DNA of 64,000 nt, from assembly GCF_036321535.1 (NCBI RefSeq), contig NC_087436.1, positions 77,874,001 to 77,938,000 of the forward strand, written 5' to 3'. A program made the position numbers and the translations under genes. Positions 24,341 to 36,837 of the stretch are shown piece by piece (position 1 is the first letter of the stretch; each line of letters opens with the position of its first letter). This DNA is from Camelus dromedarius. Taxonomy: Eukaryota. Below the pieces are notes generated by a model that made no database searches, was not told where the DNA came from, and worked only from the letters and a program-made list of their open reading frames with translations.

Positions 24341-26804
24341 AAGACCTCTTCAACATCCAATACCCGTTTTCTTTTTTGAAAGCTGGTCATTCTGTTTCAG
24401 AGTTCAGCAGTCTATTCCCTTATCCATAGTCCCCGGTCCCATTCTGCCCAAGATGCTGTGGGGAGGTTGCCCTTAGCTGTCACTGGGAGCTAACTCAGGA
24501 TTCTCAGACACACTTTCTCTGCGCTTGGTCTAACACATTTAGTCATCTTCCATCTCTAATTCCCACCCCTCCACAATTAACTAAGCTTTTGGGGGTTCCT
24601 CGCTCAAACAGCTTCTGAACGACCAAGCCCTCCCTAAACGACCAAGCCCTTTCTGTTTGGCCCCATCCCATCCACGCGCGCAACTCCCATGACCATCCGA
24701 TACCCATCATTCCACATGGGGCCTTAGACACCGACGCTGTGAAATGCAGGTCCTGAGTCACGGTACCTAGTGGTGCAAGCAGCCCTTACACAGCTCCTTG
24801 GAGCTGAGACCATGTCTAGGGTGTTCTTTGTGCGACCAGCAAAAAACCTAGCACACTGTCTGCACTCCGTGTGCATTTTTGAATGAATGGGTAATTGTGA
24901 AACTGAGATTTCCTTTGCTTCAGTGATGCTGATGATACATTTCCTTAGAAAAGAGCACGGTCAGTGCGGTCAGTATGTCTGCTTTGACGTGGACCTTCCA
25001 CTGGCCCTGGAGATCCGTGAAGATGATGGCAATAGGGGGCGAGTCATTGTCCCCGGGAGGAGGGCAGGATTCGTTGCTGGGGCGAAGAGAACTGGGAGGA
25101 GTGTACTGACCTCCATGACTCAGCCCTGGTGGGCGTTTACAGCAGGAGTGACGCCCAGCTGCTCCTACACCCCTCTCGGCTGGTGGCCTCCAGGATCCAT
25201 AGTCGACCTGAATGCTATGTGGAATATATATTTTTCCTGAGATGAGTTTAATTTTACATCAGGATGCTATTGCTTTGGCCTTATCAGCAATAAAATTTCT
25301 TGGCTGAACCTTGAATGGAGAGGATTCAGGAAGGCCAGTTAGGAAATGAAGGAAATGTTAGAGGCTCGGACCTCCGGGTGGGATGGGGAAAGCTGAAAGT
25401 TGACTTCTTTATGGCTCCAGTACTGCAAGTTTGTTGAAGAGAGGAACGAATGGATAGGAGTTGTCCTCAGAGAAAGGACGTTGTCTTCATGAAATCATGT
25501 CAGTTTCTCCTTTTTTTCTTCTGTGACTGTAATTAACAATGCTGTTTTTATTTATTTATTTTATTTTTTTGTCTACCTGCAACTGCTCAGATTGTATCTT
25601 TGTGCTGAATGAAGCAATGACTGCTTGGCATTCACATCATACACACGGGTGTTGGTAGACAGTTACCATATCATTAGTCATTGCCTAGTTAGTTCTGCTT
25701 TCATGTTTCCACATAAATGAATCCCTCCCACTCCCCCAGCCCTGTCTCTCTTTGCTCTCTGATCTTCTTCCAGTATTTCCATCTCTTTTGAGCCCCAGAG
25801 CACATCACCCACAATTTCATGTCTCAGGTAAAATACTGCGAGAGTTACCCAGAAGAAAAATAGGGTGTGTGGACTGAGGAGAGTTAACCCTTTTCACACA
25901 GTTCTGAAGTTGGAACCAGGGACAAAGAAACTTCATTTGGGGCCACCTTATTTGTACAAAAGGTTCAAATTGTTTTTAAAGTGATTGACTGTTGACTAGC
26001 TGTACTCATAAGAGAAAATTTGAAAGCATGACTTTACAATATATTTAATGTCTTGGTCTCCATCATACTGAAATTTTATAACAGGGACAGTAACCGTTTG
26101 TAAAAGGAGATGATGCAAGATCCAAGGCGAGTGGAGAAGAAGGGATGGAGATCACAGGGAGAGGTCCTAACCTTGGGCAGGAAGAGACTGTCTTCGGAGA
26201 GACCCGGATAGTCCTGGTGGGTGCCGATGGAGACGAGTTAGAGAGGAGGGTGGGGAGTAGTTGGAGGAAGATGGAAGTTGGGTTGATTTTGCCAGTCAAC
26301 CTCAATTTTCCCCTGTGCACCTCAGTTTTCCCCCATTGCCTCAATCAGGAGGCAAGATCTCCAGGTGAAAGTGAATAGGAGCGAGAGCGGAAGGGCTTTT
26401 GAAAGTGAAGGCTGGAAGGACCACGGGAAGAGGGAAGCAGAGAGCCCAGCTGAATCTGGGAACCCTGACTCGGAAGCAGCTTCAATCTGCAATTCCACAG
26501 TTTTCTTTTCCAGTACCCCAATGATTTCATCCATAGTTTTCATTGTAACTGCTAAAGGTATCTGACCCTGTCCTCTCTACTCCATCCTCACTCCTGCTCA
26601 CTTGACACAAGGTTTCACCATTTCTCACCCACCCCGACCCTCTCATTACCTCCCCCCTTACCCTGACAATCTTCCTTCTTTCTGACAGCTGCCTTAGTGA
26701 CATCTCTTGCCACCCAATCTGATCATGACTCCGTGGCTTGAAAGACTTCAACAGCTCCCTTGACTAGGGGATAGAAACCATGTTCCTCTCCTTTACATAT
26801 GAGA

Positions 26805-27260
26805 TTTTGGGAAATTGAAAAATAGCAACAGAATTGCCCCTTTCCTGTATGTGTGCACTTTTGCAAAGTGACAGCAGCTCTTCCCATGAGGAGGCGGAGT
26901 CTATTTCTCCACCCCTTTACCCTGGGCGTGGGCATGTGACTTGCTTTGGCCAATGGGACAGCAGAAAAGTTAACATACACAGGGACTTAAAAAGCACTGT
27001 GCCCTCTCTTGCTGTCCTTTGGGACCTTTGGAAGTCCATGTGAATAAGCCAGTGGATGAGAGAGCACATGGGAAGAGGGTCCAGTCATCCTAGACATTCC
27101 AGGGAAGGCCATCACCAACCAGCCAAACCCCGCTGCTCACGGACACATGGACCAGCCCAGCCTGGACCAGCCCAGCCTAGGCCAGCAGAAGAACTGCCCA
27201 GCTCATCCCACCCTGCATTACTGACCCAAAGGTCCCAGAGCAAAACCATTCAGTTTCGGG
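26805..27260 (+). mobile_element. MaLR LTR (MLT1F/G-like)
   Basis: ggaggcggagtctatttctccaccccttt...catgtgacttgctttggccaatgggaca is a diagnostic MLT1 core. Confidence 0.75.
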
Positions 27261-27267
27261 GTGACTA

Positions 27268-27416
27268 AAGATTGGAACTAGAGTAAGGTCAGTGAGGTGC
27301 CAGGGTGCAAAATGTAAGGAGGGCTTCACTTGTGCTTTAGTGACCCTGAGAGTGAGTCTCCTTAGATTTTGTACCAGAGATGCCTCACTCGCCTCACTCC
27401 CCTCTCCCCAGTCCTG
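27268..27416. mobile_element. hAT MITE, MER96-like
   Basis: Imperfect palindrome: agtgaggtgccagggtgcaaaatgtaagga ... tccttagattttgtaccagagatgcctcact. Confidence 0.55.
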
Positions 27417-29582
27417 GTCCTGTGCAGCTGGTTACACAGCCACGGATCACGATACAAGGATCTTCTCCATCTGGCTCCTGAAAAGCTTATTCTGACCAAT
27501 CACAGAACCTGTACCATGGCCGCCAGTCCTTTAATCTCCCTGTTGTGTCTGGTGACATGTGTCCAGGTTGCTGGGACTTATGACATCCTGCCCTGCACTC
27601 CCACTGTTGGGCACCAGGGTCAGGTCCCTCCCCAAAGCTTCACAGGAAATTAAGAAGTGGGCTGATCCCAAAAGTTTTGCTCAGAGAAGGTCAGTGCTGT
27701 ATATCTGGGCCAAGAGAGTCTCAATCAGGAAAAGTAGAGAAAATCCACCAGAGAACTAAAGTAGCCATCCACTAACTCCTGTGAGTTCCCCAGGGCATCT
27801 CTGAATCCAGAATCACCTTCCAGAATCAGCCTCCACGATGCGTCGCCACACTACAGTCGTTTTTTCTTAGATTTCCTTGCGATTCCTGCCTGCATGGAGC
27901 CTGCTGGAATATTTTCCCCCCCTTGGCACCACAAAAGTCTGCCAGCCCAGCTCCCTGGCCTGTCTCCCCTTGAGCTCTAGTCGCCCTCCACGCTGAGGAA
28001 TACCAGGTGTATTTTCCAAGCACACTTCATTTCTCGCATCTTCGTCCAGCCAGTTCTTCTGCCAGAAGGCCCTCCCTCCCATGGTTCTGAGGGAAGACAC
28101 TGTCAGTGTAGACCCAGATCCCCGTCACCATGTGTGACCCTTTAACCACGTCTCACACCCTTCCTCCACCTGCTGCCCGTGCTGCCATGGGCATCCCACT
28201 CCTGGCATCCAGGACCCTGGAGATGCCCTGCCTGTTCCCTATACACCCTGGAGTTTTATCCCCTCCCCCTGCTCTCCCATCAAGGGCGCCCACCTCCAGC
28301 GACAGACCGGTGTGGAAGCACAAAAGCTCAGCTCTTACTTCAAGAAGGACAAACACTGAGGAGTCATTTATGCTCCAGAGCTCAGGCTGGATCTGGGACT
28401 TCGCCCGAGATGGCACCTTGCTTGGGTTCTTCCCTTCCTTATGTGACATCCCGAACTCCCTTCCTGCTTTCTCCTGGGAACACGTCCTTCGCATGGGTCC
28501 CCCTGCAAATTTCATACCTGAGCTTCTAGGTCATACTTAATTATCAGTTCTGGGAAGTGCCCCTGAACACCTACGGAGAATCAGTCCCTCGTCCTCTGCG
28601 CCACACTGCTGACATCTGCTGCAACTTCAAAGGTTCCATTTAAGCAGATCAACATTTATAAGTCAACAAATGCTCTTGCTTATGGTCAGTGAGTGCCTTG
28701 AAGGCAAGGGTATGGTCTTATGACTCTCCGTGGGGATGTCTCCTGTCACCATAAGGGACACAGAACATATATATTGATTAGAAAATTCTTTACCTTGACT
28801 TGAAATTTGCCTCTTTGTAATTTTCACTTTTTGGCTCTAATTCTTCCCTTTTACATGATAAGCTAAAGTCTCCTGACAGTGGTTATTCTCCAGCAAGTCT
28901 TCCCTTCAGGCTTAACAGCCCTGGGTCCAGCCAAAGTCTCACGTGGCTTGGATCCATAAACCTTCACTGTCCTTAGCGCTGTCTTCTTGGTGCTGCCGGG
29001 TTTATGAATGTCCCTCTGGAAGCCTCAGAACTAAAAACAATAGGATGAAATCAACAGATGTGGTTTGGCAGCCCAGTGGGCGACAGGCCTCCAGTCTTCC
29101 TCCATCTGGAGGCAGGACTTGCTCAGTGAGACGGAGACGGCTGCTAAAAACACCTATGTGACGTCACAGTGTTGGTCCAGCGGAGAGAGAGGTCAGTTTA
29201 AATCACGAGGGCCCTTTACGTGAACTTTGGTGAGACCAATTTTCTCCACTTGAATTTGCACAAGTGAGTTTTGAACCTCACTTAAGTCTGTCAACCTTTG
29301 TCTGATTTGGTTTAATTCGTTATTGCAGCAAAACAAAAATGTTTTGAATATTGATGCTGCATCAGTTTTGTGACTTTTTCGATCTTCACGCTGATAAAAA
29401 TGAGAGCAGCCCAGGACAGAGTCAGGGGCTGCCATCCGCCCCAAACCTGCATCCTGGCGACACTGACATTAATCCACTCTCAGTGGGCATCATTGTTCAG
29501 TGAGCTCTGAATTCTGTGCTGTGAAAGGTCTGAATTTGTTCACCAAGAGGAAAACATGAATACTTATTTAAAAAATCTCCAA

Positions 29583-29777
29583 CAGATACAAACTACTTTA
29601 TATAAAATACATAAACAACAAGGTCCTAATGTATAGCCCAGGGAACTACATTCAATATCTTGTAATAACCTATAATGAAAAATACATATATTTATATATT
29701 TGTAAAACTGAATCACTATGCTGTACGCCGGAAACTAACACAACATTGTAAATCAACTGTACTTCAATAAAAAAAAA
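29583..29777 (+). mobile_element. 5'-truncated L1 3' UTR
   Basis: Same L1 3' end with an A tail; flanking repeat aaaaaat(c/t)tccaa. Confidence 0.88.
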
Positions 29778-30063
29778 TTTCCAAAATCAAGTTTTCATAT
29801 GTCTTCAAAACCATGCTAATCTGTGGACCAAACTGCATAGCAATTAAGAACATGAATTTAGAGTCTGACACAGATCTGAGTTGTGCCACTCACCAGTATT
29901 CATGACATTAAATTTAAGTCTCTAACATTTCTATGCCACAGTTTCTATACCCCTTCAATAAGAATAGTAGTGGTTTCCATTTCATAGGATATTGTAAGTA
30001 AATGGGTTTGTTGCTGTCGAGGATTTAGCAGAGAACCCAGCGTGTAGCAGTAAGCTCGGTACA

Positions 30064-31026
30064 TGTTACTAGAAACTAACGCATCAGGGAAGAGGTTGCT
30101 GCTTAAGGGAAACAATTCTGATCACCAATTCAGTGTGTGGAGGGGGTGTTCTCACCCTATCAAGCCATTCTCCAAAACCAGCTGGAGGTCCTACAGTTCA
30201 GCAGGATTCCGAGTCAGACCCCACAGGTTAAGGTCTCAGTCCTGTAAGACTGCCCACCACCCCCCCTTTAGACGCCAGTCGCAAGACAGGGTTGTTACCT
30301 GTACTTCTGACCTATTGACTATGTATTGAAGACTCTCACAACCTCCTCCTTGGCTTTGATTAATACACTAGAGTGACTCACAGAACTTAAAGAAATATGT
30401 ACTTACTGGATTACCAGTTTATTACAAAAGGGTAAAACTCAGCAACAGTCTGATGGAAGAGATGCATAGGATAAGGTTTAAGGAAAGGCAGGGGCTTTCA
30501 TGCCCCCTTAAAGCAACCCACTATCCCCAAATTTCCACGTGTTCACCAGTCTCTGACGCTCTCTGAACTCCTTCCTTTTGGATTTTTATGAAGGCTTTAT
30601 TTCATAGGCATGATTAATCAAATCATTGGCCTTTGGTGATTGAATCAAATTCTAGACCCTCTCCCCTCTCCTGAGGTTAGTGGGGTGGGACTAAAAGTTC
30701 CAACCCTCTAATCACATGGTTGGTTCATGATTGGTTCTCCTGGCAACCAGAATGCATCCTTAGGTATGGTCCAAAATTCACCTCATTAATACAACAAAAG
30801 ATAAATATTTTTTTATAATTCTTTTTCTTTTTAATGGAAGTGAATGGATTGAACCCAGGACCTCGTGCATGCTATGCACTCTAACACTGAGATATACCCT
30901 CTCTCCAACAAAAGACATCTTTATCATTGTCATCACTTAGGAAGTTCCAAGGGTTTAGGAGCTGTGTGCCAGAATTAGGGACAAAGTCCTAACATATAGT
31001 TGTTGTTTATAAAGCACAGTATCACA
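30064..31026 (-). mobile_element. MER21-like LTR interrupted by a tRNA-derived SINE
   Basis: tcagaccccacaggttaaggtctcagtcc...ctaaaagttccaaccctctaatcacatggttggtt...cacagtatcaca matches recalled MER21. TG...CA ends. Confidence 0.75.
30804..30905 (-). mobile_element. tRNA-derived SINE (vic-1-like)
   Basis: gattgaacccaggacctcgtgcatgct...ctgagatataccctc. TSD caacaaaaga(t/c)a at 30792-30803 and 30906-30917. Confidence 0.8.
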
Positions 31027-31029
31027 AAG

Positions 31030-31636
31030 GAGGATTAGTCAGAAGGCTCACTGAGAAGGAGGCTTCTGAGCAGAGCTGACAAACAGGCGGGAATGAGCTA
31101 TGGGGCTGTCTGGGGAAGAGTGCTCCAGGCCAAGGGAATGGTTAGGACAAGTTTGGTGTGTGTGAAGACTGATAAGGAGAGTGAGAATGGATCTGAGTGA
31201 CAAGGGGGAGGGGGGTGGGAGAGGAGGCTGGAAAAACAGCAGGGTTACATCTTACAGGACCTTAGATTTCACTTTGAGTGCAATGTGAAATCATGATAGG
31301 AAAGTGAATAATGGTGTGGGTGGCATAGGGACTTGTGTTCTAAACCACCACCCTCGCTGGTGTGTGGCATTGAGGCCATAGGAAGGCAAGAGACTGGGAC
31401 TGCTGCAATAATCCAGCAAAACATGATGGTGTCTTGGCATGGCAGATGTGGTGGAAGTGGTGAGTGAGAGTAGTCAGTTTCTAGATGTATTTGGCAGTGC
31501 CATCTACAGGACTATTGATGTGCAGTGAAAGAAAGGGGGATCAAGGATGAGGCCAAGTGATTTGACCTGAGCAACCCAGAAGACTGAATGGGAGTTTACT
31601 GAGGGGGAAAGATGAGAAGAGGTCCAGATTTGGGGA
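31030..31636 (-). mobile_element. L2 LINE remnant (continues in pieces to ~32470)
   Basis: Purine-rich antisense L2 motifs: gtctggggaagagtgctccaggc, gattt...gagtgcaatgtgaa, gatcaaggatga...tttgacctgagcaac. Confidence 0.65.
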
Positions 31637-31637
31637 T

Positions 31638-32030
31638 TGTATTAGTCAGTCAGGTTATGCTGCAGTAACAAACATACCCCCAAGTTTCACTGGATTCACC
31701 CACAAAAATCTGTCCCCTACTCATAGTGCACATCTCTTGCCAGTTGATAGGGAGCTCTGCTCAGAATACCCAGGGATTCCCAGGGGCCTGAGGCTTCATC
31801 CTGACCCTCTTCCTCCATCACCACAGCAGTCAGAAAGGAGCAGAGTGAATTGTACTCTGGCTTCTATAGCTCCTGCTGGGAAGTGAAGTCACTTCCCTTC
31901 ACATTTTATCAAAGACATCACAGAGCTCTGCCTAACTTCAAAGAAGATGATGAGAAATGCAAACCTTCCACGTGCCTGGGAATCCGAGAGGTGGAAATAT
32001 TTGGTGACTAGCACCAGTGACTACTTCTGC
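31638..32030 (-). mobile_element. MaLR LTR (MLT1-like) nested in L2
   Basis: tgtattagtcag...ggttatgctgcagtaacaaaca is the antisense MLT1 3' end. Confidence 0.65.
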
Positions 32031-32120
32031 TGAGAAAATCAGGAGTTTTTTTGGTTTTGGTTTTTGGACATGGCCCTCCAAGTGGAGGTGGAGTGTACAA
32101 GCCTGAGGTCCAGGAGTCAG

Positions 32121-32286
32121 CAGGGGGTGGATCAAGGCTTGTGGGAGCGAACATTTATATAATTTTAGGGGGAGCTTCTTTGAGATAAAGAATTCAAGAC
32201 TCAATACAAAATTAGGTACAGGTCTTAGAAGAGACTGTTCTAGTGAGTGGTCCTAAAGGTGAAGCTTTGAGGTAAATCCACCTCTG
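32121..32286. mobile_element. hAT MITE, MER53-like
   Basis: Terminal inverted repeats cagggggtggat ... atccacctctg; internal aatacaaaattaggtacagg. Confidence 0.7.
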
Positions 32287-33189
32287 AGAAGAAGGCCTAC
32301 GGCTGCAAATGGGAAAGTCACGGTGTAGGAGAGGATTTTCAAGCAACAGGACTGAATGAAGTCACCTCTGCAGTGAATGGAAATAAAGGCGTCCCAGATC
32401 CCTGGGGTGATCCAATGTTTTGAGATTGAAAGGCAGCAGGAAAGGAGCCTGAGAAGTAGCCAGTGAGACAGATTAAAAAGGAAATTTTTATTTCTTTACA
32501 TTTACTTAGTGTTTGCTCTCCTATACAGTTCTTTTTATCTTTATTATGTCTCTTTTCTGAATTACTGCAAACTAGAGAGTTTTGGATCATTTGACTTTTA
32601 ACCCCTGCATTCAAAAACCAAGGGTGGCCTCAGACCAGTTCAGTTCAAAGAGAAATTCAGCATTGAACCTGGAGTATAAGGTGAAAGAACCGACTGCAGG
32701 TCAAGAGATGAACACTTAACTTCTAGCCCTAAGACATTAATACACTGTCCTTAATAAAAATGATATTAAAAAATTTTGTCACCATTTTGTTAGATTGCTA
32801 GCCCAAGGTCACATAAATCCTATGGACTTTGGGGTATGCATCTGTTAAATGAGAGATGTATTACTTTCTCCAGAGTCCTTTCTGACTCTACCATTGGCCC
32901 ACCATGGTTAGACCTCGGGACTGGGTCTCACCAATTTCCATGATATGTATTTAGTAGCATTCACTGACATGTGTGAACAGTTCAAGTTCCCTATTCGTCT
33001 TACATTGATTTAGGTGGATACAACTGAAGGTAATAAAGTATGGAAACTTGAAAGGACGTTTGTTAATAAAGCAGAATGATTGTTGTTCTGCAGTTCAAGG
33101 TAAAGTGTAGGAAGCATTACCTAATCCCTTTATAAGCTTCCTCTTTACTAGACTCCAACTAATACATAATTGAATCATAAAGAGGCAGA

Positions 33190-33650
33190 CTGTTAATTTT
33201 CTAGGACTGCTGTAACAAAGTACCACAAACAGTGGCTTAAACGACAGAAATGTATTACCTACGAGGCCCGGAGGCCAGAAGTCTGAGATGCAGCCATCCC
33301 CACGGCTCTGATCCCTCTGAAGATGCTCAGGAAGGACCTGCTCCCTGCTTCTCTCCTAACTCCTGCTAGTTCTTTGGGTTGTGGCAGCATTAACTCTATC
33401 TCCATGTGGCCTTCTCCCTGTGTCCATGTCTGTCTCTGTGTCTGCATTTCCCCCTTTTTAAAGACACCCAGTCATATTGTTTTAGGACCGACACTAATAA
33501 CCTCACTTTAACTTGATTACCTCTGAAAAGAGCCTCTCTCCAAACAGGGTGACGTTCTGAGGTCCTGGGGCCAGGACTAGCATGCAGCTACTAACCTAGG
33601 GACCAAGACTCCAAGACATCTTTTCGGGGGACACAGTACAGCCCATGACA
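33190..33650 (-). mobile_element. MaLR LTR (MLT1B/C-like)
   Basis: ctgctgtaacaaagtaccacaaac..gtggcttaaacgacagaaatgtatt ... gggacacagtacagcccatgaca. Confidence 0.8.
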
Positions 33651-34715
33651 CAGACAGCTGCTGCCCCCCAGCCTCAGCTCCTCTCCGTCCTCAAGGGCGC
33701 CCACACTGTCATTCGTCTTTCCCCAGGGCTCTCATCTCTGCCTTCTTAACATTTTAGGAATCTCTTTCCTCCTTTCTATCCTCCGGTCTTGGCTGAGACC
33801 CTCCTAACTAATTGTCTGACCTAAGACAAGAATCTTCCACCCAGTCCCTCTAAGTTATTCTTAAGGTCCCCCCCAACCCTCATCCCCGCCGTCTCATCTC
33901 CCCATCCTCCCCCACCCCTCCCCTCAACACCATTTCATCTTCTGCTTAGCAGCCAGTGTTTCCTTGCTAAACTGCACCTCTGTCTGACCTTGTCCCCCCA
34001 CTGCTGAAAGTCCTCCAGGGGCTCCACACAGACTTCTAGGATGAAGTACAATTTCTCAGCACAGATCTCCAATCTTTTCTCCTTCTGGATCCTGACGACC
34101 TCTCAAGGCTCGGCTTAAACCCTAACTCAGCCATAATGAAGGCTAGGTGGTTCTCTGAGTGGACCACTTTGTGCTCTTTTGCAAGGCTTCTGCCAGCATA
34201 TCAGGAGCCTCGTTGCCAAGCAGGAAGAGATAACCCCTCAAGGAGGATGAACTACAATAAAACACCCTTCCTCCGGGCACAAGCTGCCTTGATGCAGGCT
34301 TCATGTACAGCTTGGGGCTGGATTTCAGTCCCCAGTCCTCCACCTTCTCCAGCACAGGACAAAATGACGCATGCGCACGTGGCTGCCTGGCCCTGTACAC
34401 ACAAGCAGTAGGAAATCCCCAGGCAAACATTCATAAAATCTCAGATTTGCAACCACCACGAAAAGCTCTCTGATCTCCCAAGCCAATTAGCTAAGAATAG
34501 AGGATGTCTGGGGGCACGCCGCCCAGCACCTGTTGCACCACCAGGCGGTCTCCTCAGGGGAAGGTGAGCTCCTTCTGCGCAGGTGCTGGGTCTCAGCCTC
34601 ACCTCGGTATCTCCGCATTCAGCACAGTGTGTAGCAGACTCAGTAAGTCTTAAATGAGATCTTTTTTCATTTTTTTCTTGACAAGTAGAGAATCTGTGAA
34701 TTCAAAAGTTCTGAA

Positions 34716-34912
34716 ATAGATACACACTTCTATACATGAAATAGTTAAACAACAAGGTCTTACTGCATAGCACAGGGAACTATGCTCAATATCTTGTAAA
34801 AGCCTCTAATGGAAAAGAATAGGAAAAGAAATATATATTCCTGAATCACTATGCTGTATACCAGAAACTAATGCAACATTGTAAATCAACTATACTTCAA
34901 TTAAAAAAAAAA
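34716..34912 (+). mobile_element. 5'-truncated L1 3' UTR
   Basis: aacaacaaggtcttactgcatagcacagggaac...ctatacttcaattaaaaaaaaa. Confidence 0.88.
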
Positions 34913-36281
34913 ATATATATATATATAGAACAAAACCAAAATCAAAAAACAAAAGCGCTGAAACAGCTGAAAACACCATGAGCTGCTGAGGACATGAACC
35001 TGGGCAGTCCCAGGCAGGCCGGTCTGCTCTGCAGTGAACCCATCTAGTGCCAGGGGACGGTCCTAGACTGTACTTCTGGTCCCAGGCCTCTCACTAACCA
35101 GCCTGATGGCTCAATGAATCAATCATTTGGCAAAACCTTTAAATCTCTTCTATTTTACAGCTCTATAAGGTCCTCTTGTCCACATTTTCCCCCTCACTGC
35201 CTAAATTTTAAAATTGTACTCTATGCCTTAAAACTCCACCAGCTAGGAAGCCAACATGAAATGATTCTCAGTCAATCACACAATAGTATAAGTTAGACTG
35301 ACAAATTTAAACCTTCAAATTGCTGGCTAAGATCAGTAGACCCTGAAGAAATGCACGTCTTTTGGAGGCAGGAGTGAGGGGAAACTCCAGGGCGCAGAGT
35401 GTGTTAAGGAGGTGGGGTGGGAGCTGGGACAGAACCAGCCATACTGGAGAAAGTGTGTCTGTGATTGACAAGGCTGTTTCCCGCATTCATCCCCTCTCCT
35501 CTAGGGCGTGTGACTAACCTCCTGGGGAACAGGCCCCTTCCAAGCAAGGATAAGTGACTGGGCTCTGTGAAAGCAAAGAGACTCTGTAGACTCAACAGCA
35601 CCTGGTAATTGTGCTGAAAGAAGCGGCCAGTCTTCACAGTCTCAAAACAACCCCTCCTTCATCACCGCAGAACTGATGGTTCCACTGGGAAAAAAAGAGT
35701 CTGAGAATTAAAGGCCCAACAGCCTCTACCTGGGGCTAGAGGTGGAGAAAAACTGCCTTCAGGCTCATTCCATGTTGAGAGTACAGGCTGCAGAAAATAA
35801 CTCGAGATAAACCACAGAGCAGTGTGCACCATGCTCTGGACTCTCTGAACATAGGAAGTTCTATTTATAAGAATATCTTACAATATTCTTACGAAACTGA
35901 AGAGCAGAGCCAGAGGTTTCCATCTATTCCATTGTGCCTGGCCATCACAGCAGGGCTGGATTTATCTGTAAGCCAAGAGCATACTCTGAAAGAAAAAAAG
36001 TATTTAACAATTTTTGAGCCTTTTGAAAGGGGCACTTAGGAACCCCGTGGGTTGGCCTTATTTCCTGTCCTGGTCTGACCTGGCTGAGAAAGCAAGCCCT
36101 CCGGCCAGCTCTTCTTTGCTCTGCACAAAGGCCTTGATCAGTTTTGAGTAGGTGGAGAAGGGTGTGTGATGCCTAGTTTCCAGAATTTTATAAGCTTTAT
36201 TTTTTGGAGTCAGTTCAGTAAATTACTGTAATTGAAAAATAATCTTCATAGATATCTAGTTCTATTCATTTACCTAATACC

Positions 36282-36837
36282 TGTTACCAAACAAAAATTT
36301 GTGTGCTTGACACACCGTGAGGCCAAACAAACTGAAACGTTGGAGTTTGGAGCAAAGAAAGGTTTGTTGCAGGGCCAAGCAAGGAGAACGAGTGGCTTGT
36401 GCTTGAAAGACCCGAACTCTCTGATGGTTTTCAGGGAATAGTTTCTGTAGGCGAATTTTGGGGTGAGGGCTGCAGGGAGTGTGACTTTCTACTCATTGGT
36501 TGATGGTGAGGTTCCAGGAATCTCGTGCTCGGTCTGAAGTTACCATCCTCCACCTGGGTGGGGGCCTTAGTTCCCGCAGAAGAACTCAAAGATATTGTTA
36601 TGTATATTCTTTGAGGAGGAACCAAGACCCTGCCCCAGGGCTGCACTATTGTTTCTTGACTGTGCCGTCCTTGTTTCTGCATTCCCTCCCTTCTCTGATT
36701 AGCAACTGTTTGAATCTGCCCTTTGGAGCTCACGGAAGGTCGAGGAGACTGTGAAGCCTATTTCCTGCAAACAAGAAGTGAGGGACACGGGAAGGATTTG
36801 CACCTGTGAGGATCCCACAGGGTCCTGCTCCATTTCA
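36282..36837 (-). mobile_element. Solo ERV1-type LTR with intact ends
   Basis: TG...CA termini and a 4-bp TSD TACC at 36278-36281 and 36838-36841. 556 bp long. Confidence 0.85.

Noticed and set aside
34538..34552. Third CTCF-like motif CCACCAGGCGGTCTC
   Set aside because: Mismatches at core GGC positions; too weak.
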